Positions 39,014 through 48,461 of a DNA stretch of 57,535 nt are shown piece after piece. Source of the DNA: an uncultured Bacilli bacterium (GTDB lineage: Bacteria > Bacillota_I > Bacilli_A > RF39 > UBA660); the NCBI GenBank assembly GCA_944363795.1, contig CALVVG010000002.1:1-57535 (forward strand). The letters run 5' to 3'. A program made the position numbers and the translations under genes. The number at the start of each line of letters is the position of its first letter. Position 1 is the stretch's first letter. The notes beneath the pieces were generated by a model. It did not search any database. It saw only the letters and a program-made list of their open reading frames with translations, and had not been told where the DNA came from.

Positions 39014-39682
39014 TTATTTTTTTTGCAATTCTTTTAACACATAATAGGCTATTTTTATTCCCGCAATTGCTGGAGTAAAAATACATGATGAAATATCTCT
39101 TTCGGTATTATTTGGCAATTCTTCTGAATAAACTACTGGAATTTTTAAAGATATATTTTCTTTCTTTAATTTACTTCTTAGAACTTTTGCTAACGGGTCA
39201 TTTTTTGTTTTATCCAATGTCGTGTAAATAATATTTTCAGTAGAAAATCTTTTTCCTGTACCTAAAGCACTAATGATTTTTATATTATTATTTAAAGCAT
39301 ATTTGATTAATAAAATTTTGGCTTTTACATCATCACATGCATCTATAATATAATCATAATTTCCCAATTGATTGATATTTGTAGAACTAATATTTTCTTT
39401 ATAACCAATTATTTTTATTTGATTATTTATTTGCTTTGCGTGTTTAATAGCTTCATCTATTTTAAATTTCCCAATATTGGTATTATTAGCAATAATTTGT
39501 CTATTTAAATTACTGAGTTCTATTTTATCTTTATCATAAATAATAATATTACTTATTCCAGATCTTACTAGAGATTCTAAAACAAAACCTCCTACTCCAC
39601 CAACACCTACTAGTAAAATTTTTTTTGTTTTAATATTATTAAAATTTTCTCTTCCAATTAATTTTATTAATCTATCATACAT
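39014..39682 (-). CDS. tcdA: tRNA threonylcarbamoyladenosine dehydratase (ThiF/HesA-family, TcdA/YrvM-like)
   Basis: VGVGGVGG Rossmann motif. LSNLNRQ. DACD. Confidence 0.75.
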   Translation of the reverse strand: MYDRLIKLIGRENFNNIKTKKILLVGVGGVGGFVLESLVRSGISNIIIYDKDKIELSNLNRQIIANNTNIGKFKIDEAIKHAKQINNQIKIIGYKENISSTNINQLGNYDYIIDACDDVKAKILLIKYALNNNIKIISALGTGKRFSTENIIYTTLDKTKNDPLAKVLRSKLKKENISLKIPVVYSEELPNNTERDISSCIFTPAIAGIKIAYYVLKELQKK

Positions 39683-39701
39683 ATTTACCACCAAATTAAA
39701 A

Positions 39702-39876
39702 GCCCAAAAGAAAGTCCTGCTTTGATAAAAACCCGCTCACGCGAGGTGGGCATCACATGAACTGTTTTAGGATCCTTATACACTTAATGGATAAGTATTC
39801 TACACCACAGCTCAATTAGATTCCCGTATATCATATCTAGTCGGTTTTATAATAGACATAGACTAATCTTCTAGGC
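39702..39876 (-). ncRNA. structured sRNA of about 175 nt, candidate 6S RNA
   Basis: Promoter on the minus strand: TTGCTA (39906-39911), 17 nt, TGGTATAAT (-10 at 39883-39888). The predicted 5' end GCCUAGAAGAUUAGUC pairs with the 3' end GACUUUCUUUUGGGC (39702-39716), then UUUU. Locally GC-enriched interior (CUCGC-GUGA-GCGGG hairpin). No ORF. Confidence 0.45.
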
Positions 39877-39917
39877 AATTTAATTATACCAAATTTATAA
39901 TTTATTAGCAATACAAA

Positions 39918-40733
39918 CTATTTATTTTTAAGAGATTTTACAGTATTTAAATCTATTGTTGTATCAATATTTACAAATTCTTCTAAAGCGTTGTTAACTT
40001 TAGTTACCCAACTTGGTTTAGCTATCTTTTCGCCATTTGAATTATATGTTGGATTATAAATTCTTCCAATACTTTCAACAGTATTTAATCCATTAATAAA
40101 ATATCCATCGTTTAATAACTTAATATAACTTAAAATACCATATTCTATATTTTTATATTTTATTAATGATCCATTAGACATACCGCCAAAAATATTATTT
40201 TTATTTAACATACTACTTGCAGTATAATTAGATTCTATTTGAGCAATAGCTGCTGCAATACTAAAATCTACACCATCGTATATGTTGGTAAAATATTTAA
40301 TTAATGCAACCATATAATCTTTATCATCTTGACATTTAGTAATAGTATTATCAAATAAATATTTTTCATTATCCTCTAAAGTATATAAATACTCTAATAA
40401 AGTATATTCTATGTTTTCGGAATTTAACAAATTAATATTTTCATAATCATTTTTTAATTTTTCTATTAATATTTCAAAATCAATTTTAAAAGTATTAGCT
40501 AAAAATTCTATAGTATCTTTATTATCTACTAAAAAAATTTCTAAAAGTTCTTCTTCACTTAATATTCTAACTGTTTCTGGTTCACTTATTTGAGTTTCAA
40601 ACATTTCCAAAGAATTAACTAATAATTCTTTTTTATAAGAAATATTATGTATGATTATCATAATTATCAGTAAAATTAAACCCCCGATAACAAATAATAT
40701 CCCCTTTTTATTATTTATAATGTAATCTTTCAT
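39918..40733 (-). CDS. membrane-anchored protein with a C-terminal glucosaminidase (N-acetylglucosaminidase-type cell-wall hydrolase) domain
   Basis: N-terminal TM helix. AAIAQIESNYTASSMLNKNNIFGG matches the Glucosaminidase-family core. Confidence 0.65.
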   Translation of the reverse strand: MKDYIINNKKGILFVIGGLILLIIMIIIHNISYKKELLVNSLEMFETQISEPETVRILSEEELLEIFLVDNKDTIEFLANTFKIDFEILIEKLKNDYENINLLNSENIEYTLLEYLYTLEDNEKYLFDNTITKCQDDKDYMVALIKYFTNIYDGVDFSIAAAIAQIESNYTASSMLNKNNIFGGMSNGSLIKYKNIEYGILSYIKLLNDGYFINGLNTVESIGRIYNPTYNSNGEKIAKPSWVTKVNNALEEFVNIDTTIDLNTVKSLKNK

Positions 40734-40822
40734 CTAATTTATTATACGCTCCTTAATTGAAGTATGTTCATATTATAACATATAATACTTCAAATTGCAA
40801 TTTTACATTAAAAGAACATATT

Positions 40823-42682
40823 TTAAATAAATATATCGGAATTTGATACATTTGTTATATTATCAGATGCTGGCGTTTGAGAAATATTTGGATTAAAATT
40901 GTTTTGAGGCACTATGTTAATATCTTTTTTTGGTTCCCATTTCCAACACGATGATACATCACAATTACTGCTATATGGCATTGGATTAGGTAATTCCATT
41001 TTGACTATCATAGGAATTTTAAATGCTCCTCCAAAGCAAACACATGTACCAGGTTGTAATACTTTTTGCTTATCTAATATATCAGCGGAAATGTTAGGAA
41101 GCATTTCTCCGATATATTTAATATCTAGAGGATGTGTCATTTTAAATATCAAAAAATTATTACATTGAGCAATTACGGTATCTGATATTTCAACTGGTCT
41201 TTGACTAATAATATCTAGTATAACCCCATATTTACGGCCTTCTTTAGCAATACGATCAAATATATTATACCCTAGTAAGAATGTATCATTATCTTTTTGA
41301 ATGTACCTATGTGCTTCTTCTAAAAATAGATGAAAAGGAACTTGAGCTCTTAATTCACTGCCTTTAGCAAAATCGAATATAATCCTGGAAATTATTTTCA
41401 CAAAAACTTTAGCAAATATATCATCTATATCTTCTAGGTTAATATTAATAATTTGAGCTTTTTTACTTCCACTTGCAATTAAAGATACAATATAATCTTT
41501 TAATGGAACATAATTACTATTAAAAAAATTATTAATTTTACTATTAATTATGGAATTTAATCTAACTTTTAAAATAACTGAATCATCATGTAAATTTTGA
41601 TTATGTTGAAATCCTTCACTTATCAACGTAAATTCTAATGCTTTAGCAAAATCTTTCAAAGAATAACTTGCTTCCTCTGGTGCTTGTATCGTATCTAAAG
41701 TATCATTTATTTTCCCTAAAATATAATTAGTTATAAGTACTGATTCACCAAAATTACCATTTGAATCTATTTCGAAGCATTCACTAAATGTTCTTGTATA
41801 ACCAAGTCCAGGAATTACTGAATCAAAATTAAATTCAGGAGTATTACATACTTCAATTATTGTAAATATTTCATTTTTTTTGCTAGCTACAGTTTCACTA
41901 CTAAAAAGAACAGCTAATAGAGCTTTAGCAATTAAATGATTTTTATAATCATTGGCTTCTTGGGAATTAGTGGAAAAAATTTTAGCCAATTTTATAGTAT
42001 GTTCAATAATTGGCAATTGTGCATGATTAGATGCTTGTAATAGTAGGGCCATATCATCAAGTTTTAACAAATTAACCGGTATACTTAATGGAATATCACC
42101 TACATCGCTAGGATTAGTTGTAATAAATTTATAACTATAATTAGCATTAATTTCATTTAATTTGCCAAAAGCATTTTTATATTCCCCAAATGAATCAAAT
42201 ATAAATAAATTGGCATTATATTGTATTGAAAATTTATTGTTAAAAATATTTTGTACAATTCTAGCAACCCCACAAGATTTACCAGAACCAGAGTTGCCAA
42301 AAATAGCTAAATGATTTGAAAACAAACTATTTATATTAGGACATATTTGAAAACCTTTATAAATGGCACTTTCCCCCAAAATAAAGCTTGATGCATCGTA
42401 TGTACCAACTAATTCCATTAATTCATCTTTATTAATCATTCTAATTTTAGAAGTTAAAAGAGGTTTTCTAAGTACACCATTAACATATTTTCCATTAATA
42501 TATTCACCTAAAAATCTAATTTTAATTATTTCATTACTTAATTCTGACACTTCTCCCAGAATTTTTTGATTAGCCTCTTCAAATATAACATTCATGTTCA
42601 TTAAATCTGCAGCATTTACTTCTTTTTGTAGATTTTCAACATGAGCTTCACTATCTCCTATATATATTATTTTACCAAACAT
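40823..42682 (-). CDS. HerA/DUF87-family P-loop ATPase (FtsK-HerA superfamily)
   Basis: AGGAGAG RBS before the ATG at 42682. N-terminal barrel-like region. Walker A FGNSGSGKSCG. Walker B HLFLEEAHRY. GRKYGVILDIISQRP...AQCNNFLIFKM is typical of HerA-like ATPases. Confidence 0.75.
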   Translation of the reverse strand: MFGKIIYIGDSEAHVENLQKEVNAADLMNMNVIFEEANQKILGEVSELSNEIIKIRFLGEYINGKYVNGVLRKPLLTSKIRMINKDELMELVGTYDASSFILGESAIYKGFQICPNINSLFSNHLAIFGNSGSGKSCGVARIVQNIFNNKFSIQYNANLFIFDSFGEYKNAFGKLNEINANYSYKFITTNPSDVGDIPLSIPVNLLKLDDMALLLQASNHAQLPIIEHTIKLAKIFSTNSQEANDYKNHLIAKALLAVLFSSETVASKKNEIFTIIEVCNTPEFNFDSVIPGLGYTRTFSECFEIDSNGNFGESVLITNYILGKINDTLDTIQAPEEASYSLKDFAKALEFTLISEGFQHNQNLHDDSVILKVRLNSIINSKINNFFNSNYVPLKDYIVSLIASGSKKAQIININLEDIDDIFAKVFVKIISRIIFDFAKGSELRAQVPFHLFLEEAHRYIQKDNDTFLLGYNIFDRIAKEGRKYGVILDIISQRPVEISDTVIAQCNNFLIFKMTHPLDIKYIGEMLPNISADILDKQKVLQPGTCVCFGGAFKIPMIVKMELPNPMPYSSNCDVSSCWKWEPKKDINIVPQNNFNPNISQTPASDNITNVSNSDIFI

Positions 42683-42737
42683 ATTTATCTCTCCTATGCT
42701 ATCTAAATTATACCATAGCATAAAAAAAAGTAAAAGG

Positions 42738-43217
42738 TCATTTTACTTCAAAATTATGATTATTTAAATTATAGTTTGTTATTAACCCTTTATCTGATAA
42801 TGGGATAAAATATATTAATATTTTATTGCTATTAGTAACATTTTTATTAACAAAATATGTTAAGTTTATTCCCATATCAGCAATTTCCAAATCAATATTT
42901 TCAATTTTTAAATTTTCATCATATAAAATAAAATCTATAATATAATCGTTTTTTTCTAAATCTCCAGCAGTTAAAAATACTCTTTCATTTATATTATATT
43001 TTTTTAAAAACTTAATATAATCGTCATAATTAGTGATTAAAACCGATGTATAATCTTCATCTTTTTTTTCAATTATAATGCCTTCTGCAATTGTTTTATA
43101 ATTTCTACTTATACCTATATTTCCTAAAATAATTCCTAAAAATGCAGCAATAGCTAAAACAACTACAACAATTATTCCCAGTAATATATGATATTTATTC
43201 AATTTCATAATATTCAT
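42738..43217 (-). CDS. membrane-anchored hypothetical protein
   Basis: N-terminal TM helix (HILLGIIVVVVLAIAAFLGIILG). No recognised domain. Start is ambiguous (43217 or 43208). Confidence 0.45.
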   Translation of the reverse strand: MNIMKLNKYHILLGIIVVVVLAIAAFLGIILGNIGISRNYKTIAEGIIIEKKDEDYTSVLITNYDDYIKFLKKYNINERVFLTAGDLEKNDYIIDFILYDENLKIENIDLEIADMGINLTYFVNKNVTNSNKILIYFIPLSDKGLITNYNLNNHNFEVK

Positions 43218-43263
43218 CCCTCAAACTATAATAACATAATATTATAATAAAAAAAAGGCATAG

Positions 43264-44694
43264 TTAATTATCTAACTTGTCTTTCAAAATTTCTTTAGTA
43301 ATTACGGGATTAGCTTTTCCCCTTGTTTCTTTCATAACTTGACCTACAAAATAATCAAATAAATTAGTTTTACCATTTTTGTATTCTTCTACTTGTTTTT
43401 GGTTATTACTGATAATATTATTAATAATATCTTCTATAACATTTTTATCTGATATTTGAGCATTATCACTATTTATAAAATTTTTTGGTTCCTTTTCTTC
43501 TTCTAAAGATTTAAAAAATATTTCTTTAGCTTGTTTAGATGATATGATTCCTTTCACTTGGGCATCTATAATTTGTTTTAAGAATGATGGTTTTAAATAA
43601 AAATCTTTTAAAATAATATCATATTTACTTAAATAAGCTATTATTTGAACGATTAACCAATTAGCAGCGGTTTTGGCATCCATACCTAAATTAATGCATT
43701 CTTCAAAGTAATCCGCATAATTTTTTTCTTTAACAATGATTGTTGCGTCATATTCACTTAATCCTAATTCATTAATATATTTATTTTTTCTTTCCCTAGG
43801 CAAAACAGGAATATCCTTTTTAATTTCTTCTAACCATATCTTATCTATTTTATATTTAGGAATATTTGGTTCTACAAAATATTTATAATCAATAGCATCT
43901 ACTTTACTACGCATGTGAATCGTTGTTCCGGTTTCTTCATCAAATCTTCTTGTTTCTTGAACAACTTCGTCATATCTGCCTGCATCTTTAAGTTCTGATT
44001 GTCTTTTAATTTCATAATTAATGGCGTCATATACATTACCAAATGAATTAATATTTTTTATTTCAACTTTAGTACCTAATTCTGTAGCATTTTCTTCCAT
44101 TATAGAAACATTAACATCACATCTGATTTGACCTTTTTTAGTATCTGCTTCAGAAACTTCGCAATATTGATAAATTCTTCGCATAGTTTCCAAAAAAGCA
44201 ACTGCTTCTTCTGCAGAATTTAAACATGGTTCAGTAACAAGTTCTAGAAGTGGAACTCCTGCTCTATTATAATCAATTAATGATACATCAAAATAGTGAT
44301 CTAATGAAGCTGCATCTTCTTCTAAATGAATGTCATGAATTAAAACTTCTTTTTCGTAGCCGTCACATTCGATTATAATGCTACCATCAACACCAACTGG
44401 ATCATGCATTTGGGTAATTTGAAATCCTTTGGGTAAATCAGGATAATAATAATTTTTACGATCAAAATACATATATTCAGGTTGTTTGCAATTTAAAACT
44501 ATACTCATCATCAAAGCTTTTTTAATACACTCTTTATTTACTACAGGCAATGTACCAGGAAAAGCCATATCAACCGGACGAACATTTATATTAGCAATTT
44601 CATTATATGAATTTCTAGCACTAGAAAACACTTTGGAATTACTTTTAAGTTCACAATGCATTTCTAAACCAATTACAGCTTTATATTTATTCAT
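43264..44694 (-). CDS. gatB: Asp/Glu-tRNA amidotransferase subunit B
   Basis: VIGLEMHCEL ... FDRKNYYYPDLPKGFQITQ. GGAGG RBS before the ATG at 44694. Confidence 0.93.
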   Translation of the reverse strand: MNKYKAVIGLEMHCELKSNSKVFSSARNSYNEIANINVRPVDMAFPGTLPVVNKECIKKALMMSIVLNCKQPEYMYFDRKNYYYPDLPKGFQITQMHDPVGVDGSIIIECDGYEKEVLIHDIHLEEDAASLDHYFDVSLIDYNRAGVPLLELVTEPCLNSAEEAVAFLETMRRIYQYCEVSEADTKKGQIRCDVNVSIMEENATELGTKVEIKNINSFGNVYDAINYEIKRQSELKDAGRYDEVVQETRRFDEETGTTIHMRSKVDAIDYKYFVEPNIPKYKIDKIWLEEIKKDIPVLPRERKNKYINELGLSEYDATIIVKEKNYADYFEECINLGMDAKTAANWLIVQIIAYLSKYDIILKDFYLKPSFLKQIIDAQVKGIISSKQAKEIFFKSLEEEKEPKNFINSDNAQISDKNVIEDIINNIISNNQKQVEEYKNGKTNLFDYFVGQVMKETRGKANPVITKEILKDKLDN

Positions 44695-46144
44695 GATAAC
44701 CTCCTGCAATCATTCCTTTATAATTCATTTGCGATTCTAAAGCAAATGCAATGTTTAAAATGTTAGCATCATCATAACAATTGCCAGTAATATTAACACC
44801 AACAGGAAGTCCATCAATAAAACCATTTGGAATAGTAATAGATGGGAATCCACCAAAATTACCAATTTGTAAATGTTCTTCAAGTACTGCTGTATTATCA
44901 CTATTTAGTTCATCTTTAGAACCATCAATATATGGTGCTACTCCCGTAGAAACTGGTAATATAAGACCATCATATTTTGAAAATAATTCTTTCATTCGAT
45001 CAACAATTAAACGTCTTATTCTTTGCGCATTAACAAAGTATCTTTCTTGATTTTCCTTTTGTAATATATAAGAACCTATTACAAACCTTCTTTTAATTAA
45101 TGGAGAAAAACCTTTAGTTCGATGATCTTTCATCATATCCATAATGTCATTTCCTTTTCCTCTTGGGCCAAAAATTATGCCAGTTAAATTTGACATATTA
45201 CTAGTAGCTTCAGCACAAGATAAACATACGTATACACTTGGAATAACATTTAATAATTCTTTATCGCATAATACTTCTTCTACATCCACACCAATATCTT
45301 TTAATTTTTTAATAGTTTCTCTAAATATTGCCAAATGCTTTTTAAGTTCACTAGAGGCATCTGGATAATTACTTTCATCTACTATTTCTTTGATATAAAA
45401 TAATTTTTTTCCTTTTACATTTCCATTTATTGAGTCATATAAATTAATTTTACTTGAATCCCAACTGGTTTGATCGTATTTATCAATGCCTTTCATTGCA
45501 TCTACTACTATAGCAGCATCTTTAACGCTTCTAGTAAGTACACCACAATGGTCTAAGCTAGATGCAAAAGGAAATAAACCATATCTTGAAATCATTCCAT
45601 AAGTAGGTTTATATCCAACAATACCACAAAATGCTGCTGGCTTTCTAATTGAATCACCAGTATCACTTCCTAAAGCATATGGATACACTCCAGCTGCTAC
45701 TGCTGCTGCTGAACCGCTTGAAGAACCAGCACACATTCTTTTAGGATCCCATGGATTTCTGATAATACCTGTATGAGCAGTAGTACCAGTTCCTCCCATA
45801 CCGAATTCATCTAAAGCTGTTTTATTAACTGCTATAGCCCCATGTTTTTTTAAATTAGCAACAGCAGTTGCATCAAAAAATGGAATATAATCTTTTAATG
45901 TATTACTTGACCCAGTTGATAATATATCTTTAGTTGAATAATTATCTTTTATACCATAGGGAATGCCAGATAATAAATCATCAGTAATATTACCTCCTTT
46001 TGCATCATCCATAATAGTTACAAAAGCATTACATATTTTTTGAATTTCATGAGATTTTATCAATGATTCTTTAACTAATTCATCACTAGTTATTTCCCCA
46101 TTTTTAAGCTTTTTATGTAATTCTTCAATGCTTAATTCTGTCAT
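44687..46144 (-). CDS. gatA: Asp/Glu-tRNA amidotransferase subunit A
   Basis: Amidase signature GGSSSGSAAAVAAG and GSDTGDSIRKPAAFCG. Confidence 0.93.
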   Translation of the reverse strand: MTELSIEELHKKLKNGEITSDELVKESLIKSHEIQKICNAFVTIMDDAKGGNITDDLLSGIPYGIKDNYSTKDILSTGSSNTLKDYIPFFDATAVANLKKHGAIAVNKTALDEFGMGGTGTTAHTGIIRNPWDPKRMCAGSSSGSAAAVAAGVYPYALGSDTGDSIRKPAAFCGIVGYKPTYGMISRYGLFPFASSLDHCGVLTRSVKDAAIVVDAMKGIDKYDQTSWDSSKINLYDSINGNVKGKKLFYIKEIVDESNYPDASSELKKHLAIFRETIKKLKDIGVDVEEVLCDKELLNVIPSVYVCLSCAEATSNMSNLTGIIFGPRGKGNDIMDMMKDHRTKGFSPLIKRRFVIGSYILQKENQERYFVNAQRIRRLIVDRMKELFSKYDGLILPVSTGVAPYIDGSKDELNSDNTAVLEEHLQIGNFGGFPSITIPNGFIDGLPVGVNITGNCYDDANILNIAFALESQMNYKGMIAGGYHE

Positions 46145-46440
46145 TATCCCACCACCTTTGGTACTTCTATTTCACGATCATCATATTTATCACAATTTCT
46201 TAATAAATCTTCAATAGGAATAGATTCTTCAGCTTCATCTTCTCTTAAATTAAATTCAAAATTATCTAAAGCATGAGTCATTGGAGTTACATTACTGATA
46301 TTTGGAATATTGGCAATTTTTTGCATATTTGCATCAATTATATCAAATTCTTTTAAAACCATTTCATTTTCTTCAAAAGTTAAACCTATCAATAATTTGT
46401 CGGCATAATCGTCTACCATTTCTTTAGTAAATTTATTCAC
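46144..46440 (-). CDS. gatC: Asp/Glu-tRNA amidotransferase subunit C
   Basis: NKFTKEMVDDYADKLLIGLTFEENE fits the GatC N-terminus. Proposed GTG start at 46440 overlaps the aspS stop. The track ORF extends to 46464. The TAATG overlap couples it to gatA. Confidence 0.75.
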   Translation of the reverse strand: MNKFTKEMVDDYADKLLIGLTFEENEMVLKEFDIIDANMQKIANIPNISNVTPMTHALDNFEFNLREDEAEESIPIEDLLRNCDKYDDREIEVPKVVG

Positions 46441-48202
46441 TTTCTTCACCTTTTTCATATTCAATTTTAATACCCAATTCTTTTAATTGTGATTCACTAA
46501 CTGTATCAGGTGCTCCATCCATTAAATCTTGGGCACTTTGTGTTTTTGGAAATGCAATTACATCTTTGATATCATCAGTTTGAGCTAATACCATTATTAA
46601 TCTTTCTACACCTGGTGCTATACCAGCATGGGGTGGAACGCCATATTTAAATGCTTCTAACATAAAACCAAATCTAAGTTGGGCTTCAGCATCACTAATA
46701 CCTAATGCTTTAAAGATTTTAGCCAAATCTTTTTCTTTGTGATTTCTAACTCCACCACTCGCAAGTTCATAACCATTGACAACTAAATCGTAACTTCGTG
46801 ATATACAATGTTCTGGATCATTAATTGTATTAATGTCTTTTACCATTGTAAATGGATTATGTTCTGCTTTCCATCTTTTTTCTGTTTCTGAATATTCAAA
46901 AAATGGAAAATCTGTTATCCAAAGAAAATTAAGTTTATCCTTGTCTATTAAATCTAATTCTTTACCTATTTTAATTCTTAAAGCTCCTAAGGAAGCATAG
47001 ACAATTTTAGGCTTATCTGCAACTATTAATAACAAATCATTATTTTCGACATTATATTTTTCTTTTATTTTCAATAATTTTTCATCTTCTAAATTTTTAG
47101 CAATTACTCCATTAAATTGGTCATTATCGTATTTTAACCAAGCTAAACCTTTAGCACCATAAATTTTAACAAAATCAGTTAAATGTTCAACATCAGTTCT
47201 TGAATATTTATCACCATTATTTTTAACAATTAAACATTTAGCAATTCCACCATCTTCAATTGCTTTTCTAAATACATTCATATTAGTATCTGATAATATA
47301 TCAGTTAAATCTAATAATTCCATAGCAAATCTGGTATCTGGCTTATCAGATCCAAATCTATCCATTGCTTCTTGATAAGTCATTCTTGGAAAATCTTCTA
47401 ATTCTATCTTTTTAACATCTTTAACAATTTTTTTTATCATTCCTTCGGTTACATTAAATACATCTTCTTCTTCAGCAAATGACATTTCTAAATCAATTTG
47501 AGTAAATTCTGGTTGACGATCACGTCTTAAATCTTCATCACGAAAACTTCTCGCTATTTGATAGTACTTTTCAAAACCACTTACCATCAATATTTGTTTA
47601 AATATTTGTGGAGATTGTGGTAATGCATAAAATGATCCTTTACTAATTCTTGAAGGAACTAAATAATCTCGAGCCCCTTCAGGAGTACTCTTACATAATA
47701 TAGGTGTTTCAATTTCTAAAAATCCTAGATTATTTAAATACTCTCTAGCGCTAGTAATTACTTTATGTCTTAAAATAATATTATTTTTAAGCTTTTCTTT
47801 TCTCAATGATAAATAACGATATTTTAAAGCAACATTTTCATTGATATCTGTTTCATCATCATATACATTAAATGGTAATATATCACATTCACTAAGTATT
47901 TCCAAATCACTTACCATCAATTCTATTTCTCCTGTTGCAAGTTTGGGATTTATCATATCTGTTTCTCTAGCAACTATTTTTCCAGAAACTTTTATACAAT
48001 ACTCATTTTTTAAAGATTCAGCTAATTCAAATTCTTGTTTCAAAAAACCTCTATTAAACACAACTTGTAATATTCCTGATCTATCTCGTAAATCAACAAA
48101 TATTACACCACCCATATCTCTTCTTTTGTTTACCCAACCATATACCGTTACGGTTTTACCAACATCACTTTTTCTAAATTCAGCATTATTAAATTCTTTC
48201 AT
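46433..48202 (-). CDS. aspS: aspartate--tRNA ligase
   Basis: OB-fold N-terminus. Class II motifs FRDEDLRRDRQPEFTQID and GGVRNH...GIAPGVERL. Confidence 0.93.
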   Translation of the reverse strand: MKEFNNAEFRKSDVGKTVTVYGWVNKRRDMGGVIFVDLRDRSGILQVVFNRGFLKQEFELAESLKNEYCIKVSGKIVARETDMINPKLATGEIELMVSDLEILSECDILPFNVYDDETDINENVALKYRYLSLRKEKLKNNIILRHKVITSAREYLNNLGFLEIETPILCKSTPEGARDYLVPSRISKGSFYALPQSPQIFKQILMVSGFEKYYQIARSFRDEDLRRDRQPEFTQIDLEMSFAEEEDVFNVTEGMIKKIVKDVKKIELEDFPRMTYQEAMDRFGSDKPDTRFAMELLDLTDILSDTNMNVFRKAIEDGGIAKCLIVKNNGDKYSRTDVEHLTDFVKIYGAKGLAWLKYDNDQFNGVIAKNLEDEKLLKIKEKYNVENNDLLLIVADKPKIVYASLGALRIKIGKELDLIDKDKLNFLWITDFPFFEYSETEKRWKAEHNPFTMVKDINTINDPEHCISRSYDLVVNGYELASGGVRNHKEKDLAKIFKALGISDAEAQLRFGFMLEAFKYGVPPHAGIAPGVERLIMVLAQTDDIKDVIAFPKTQSAQDLMDGAPDTVSESQLKELGIKIEYEKGEESE

Positions 48203-48204
48203 TT

Positions 48205-48425
48205 TCCCTCCTATAATAAAAAAATCCTAGATTATGTAAGGGCGAGATATACCCGCGGTGCCACCTTACTTTTCTAGGCTCAATTTAATTTTATCGTATT
48301 TCTACGTTTTATGTTTTAACGGAAATGTTTTTTCGTTTAAATATTCAGCGGTATTTCCAGCAACTAACCTTCTCTGTTCTGCTTCTTTAAACTACTTTTT
48401 TCCCATAAAAATATATTGTCTTTAA
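48205..48425 (-). promoter_or_regulatory. T-box leader (tRNA-sensing riboswitch) with terminator, controlling aspS
   Basis: Minus strand AAGGTGGCACCGCGGG (48252-48268) is the conserved T-box sequence. AGAGA element upstream. Long hairpin CCTAG...GTAAGG...CCTTAC...CTAGG followed by T7. Promoter TTGACA (48450-48455), 17 nt, TAAAAT (48427-48432). Confidence 0.8.
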
Positions 48426-48461
48426 CATTTTAACCCAATTTAACATTAATGTCAATAAACT

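Noticed and set aside
39702-39876. RNase P RNA (because of a GAAAGTCC-like string on the plus strand) or SRP RNA (GNRA hairpin CUCGC-GUGA-GCGGG)
   Set aside because: The segment is only ~175 nt between two genes, too short for bacterial RNase P RNA. The sequence flanking the tetraloop does not match the conserved SRP domain IV (GGAA...AGCA) pattern. The promoter and end-pairing fit the minus strand.
47841-48230. Overlapping antisense ORFs in the track. Examples: 210..392, 785..973, 10361..10627, 11549..11812, 13920..14177, 17219..17437, 18955..19161, 24324..24533, 25245..25544, 33137..33337, 37622..37879, 38299..38562, 40914..41168, 42363..42569, 44486..44740, 44781..45050, 45144..45368, 47841..48230, 51897..52235, 55424..55666, 56676..56876, 57119..57469
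   Set aside because: Each lies within or opposite a well-supported longer gene, lacks an RBS and has low-complexity composition. These are typical shadow ORFs of AT-rich DNA.
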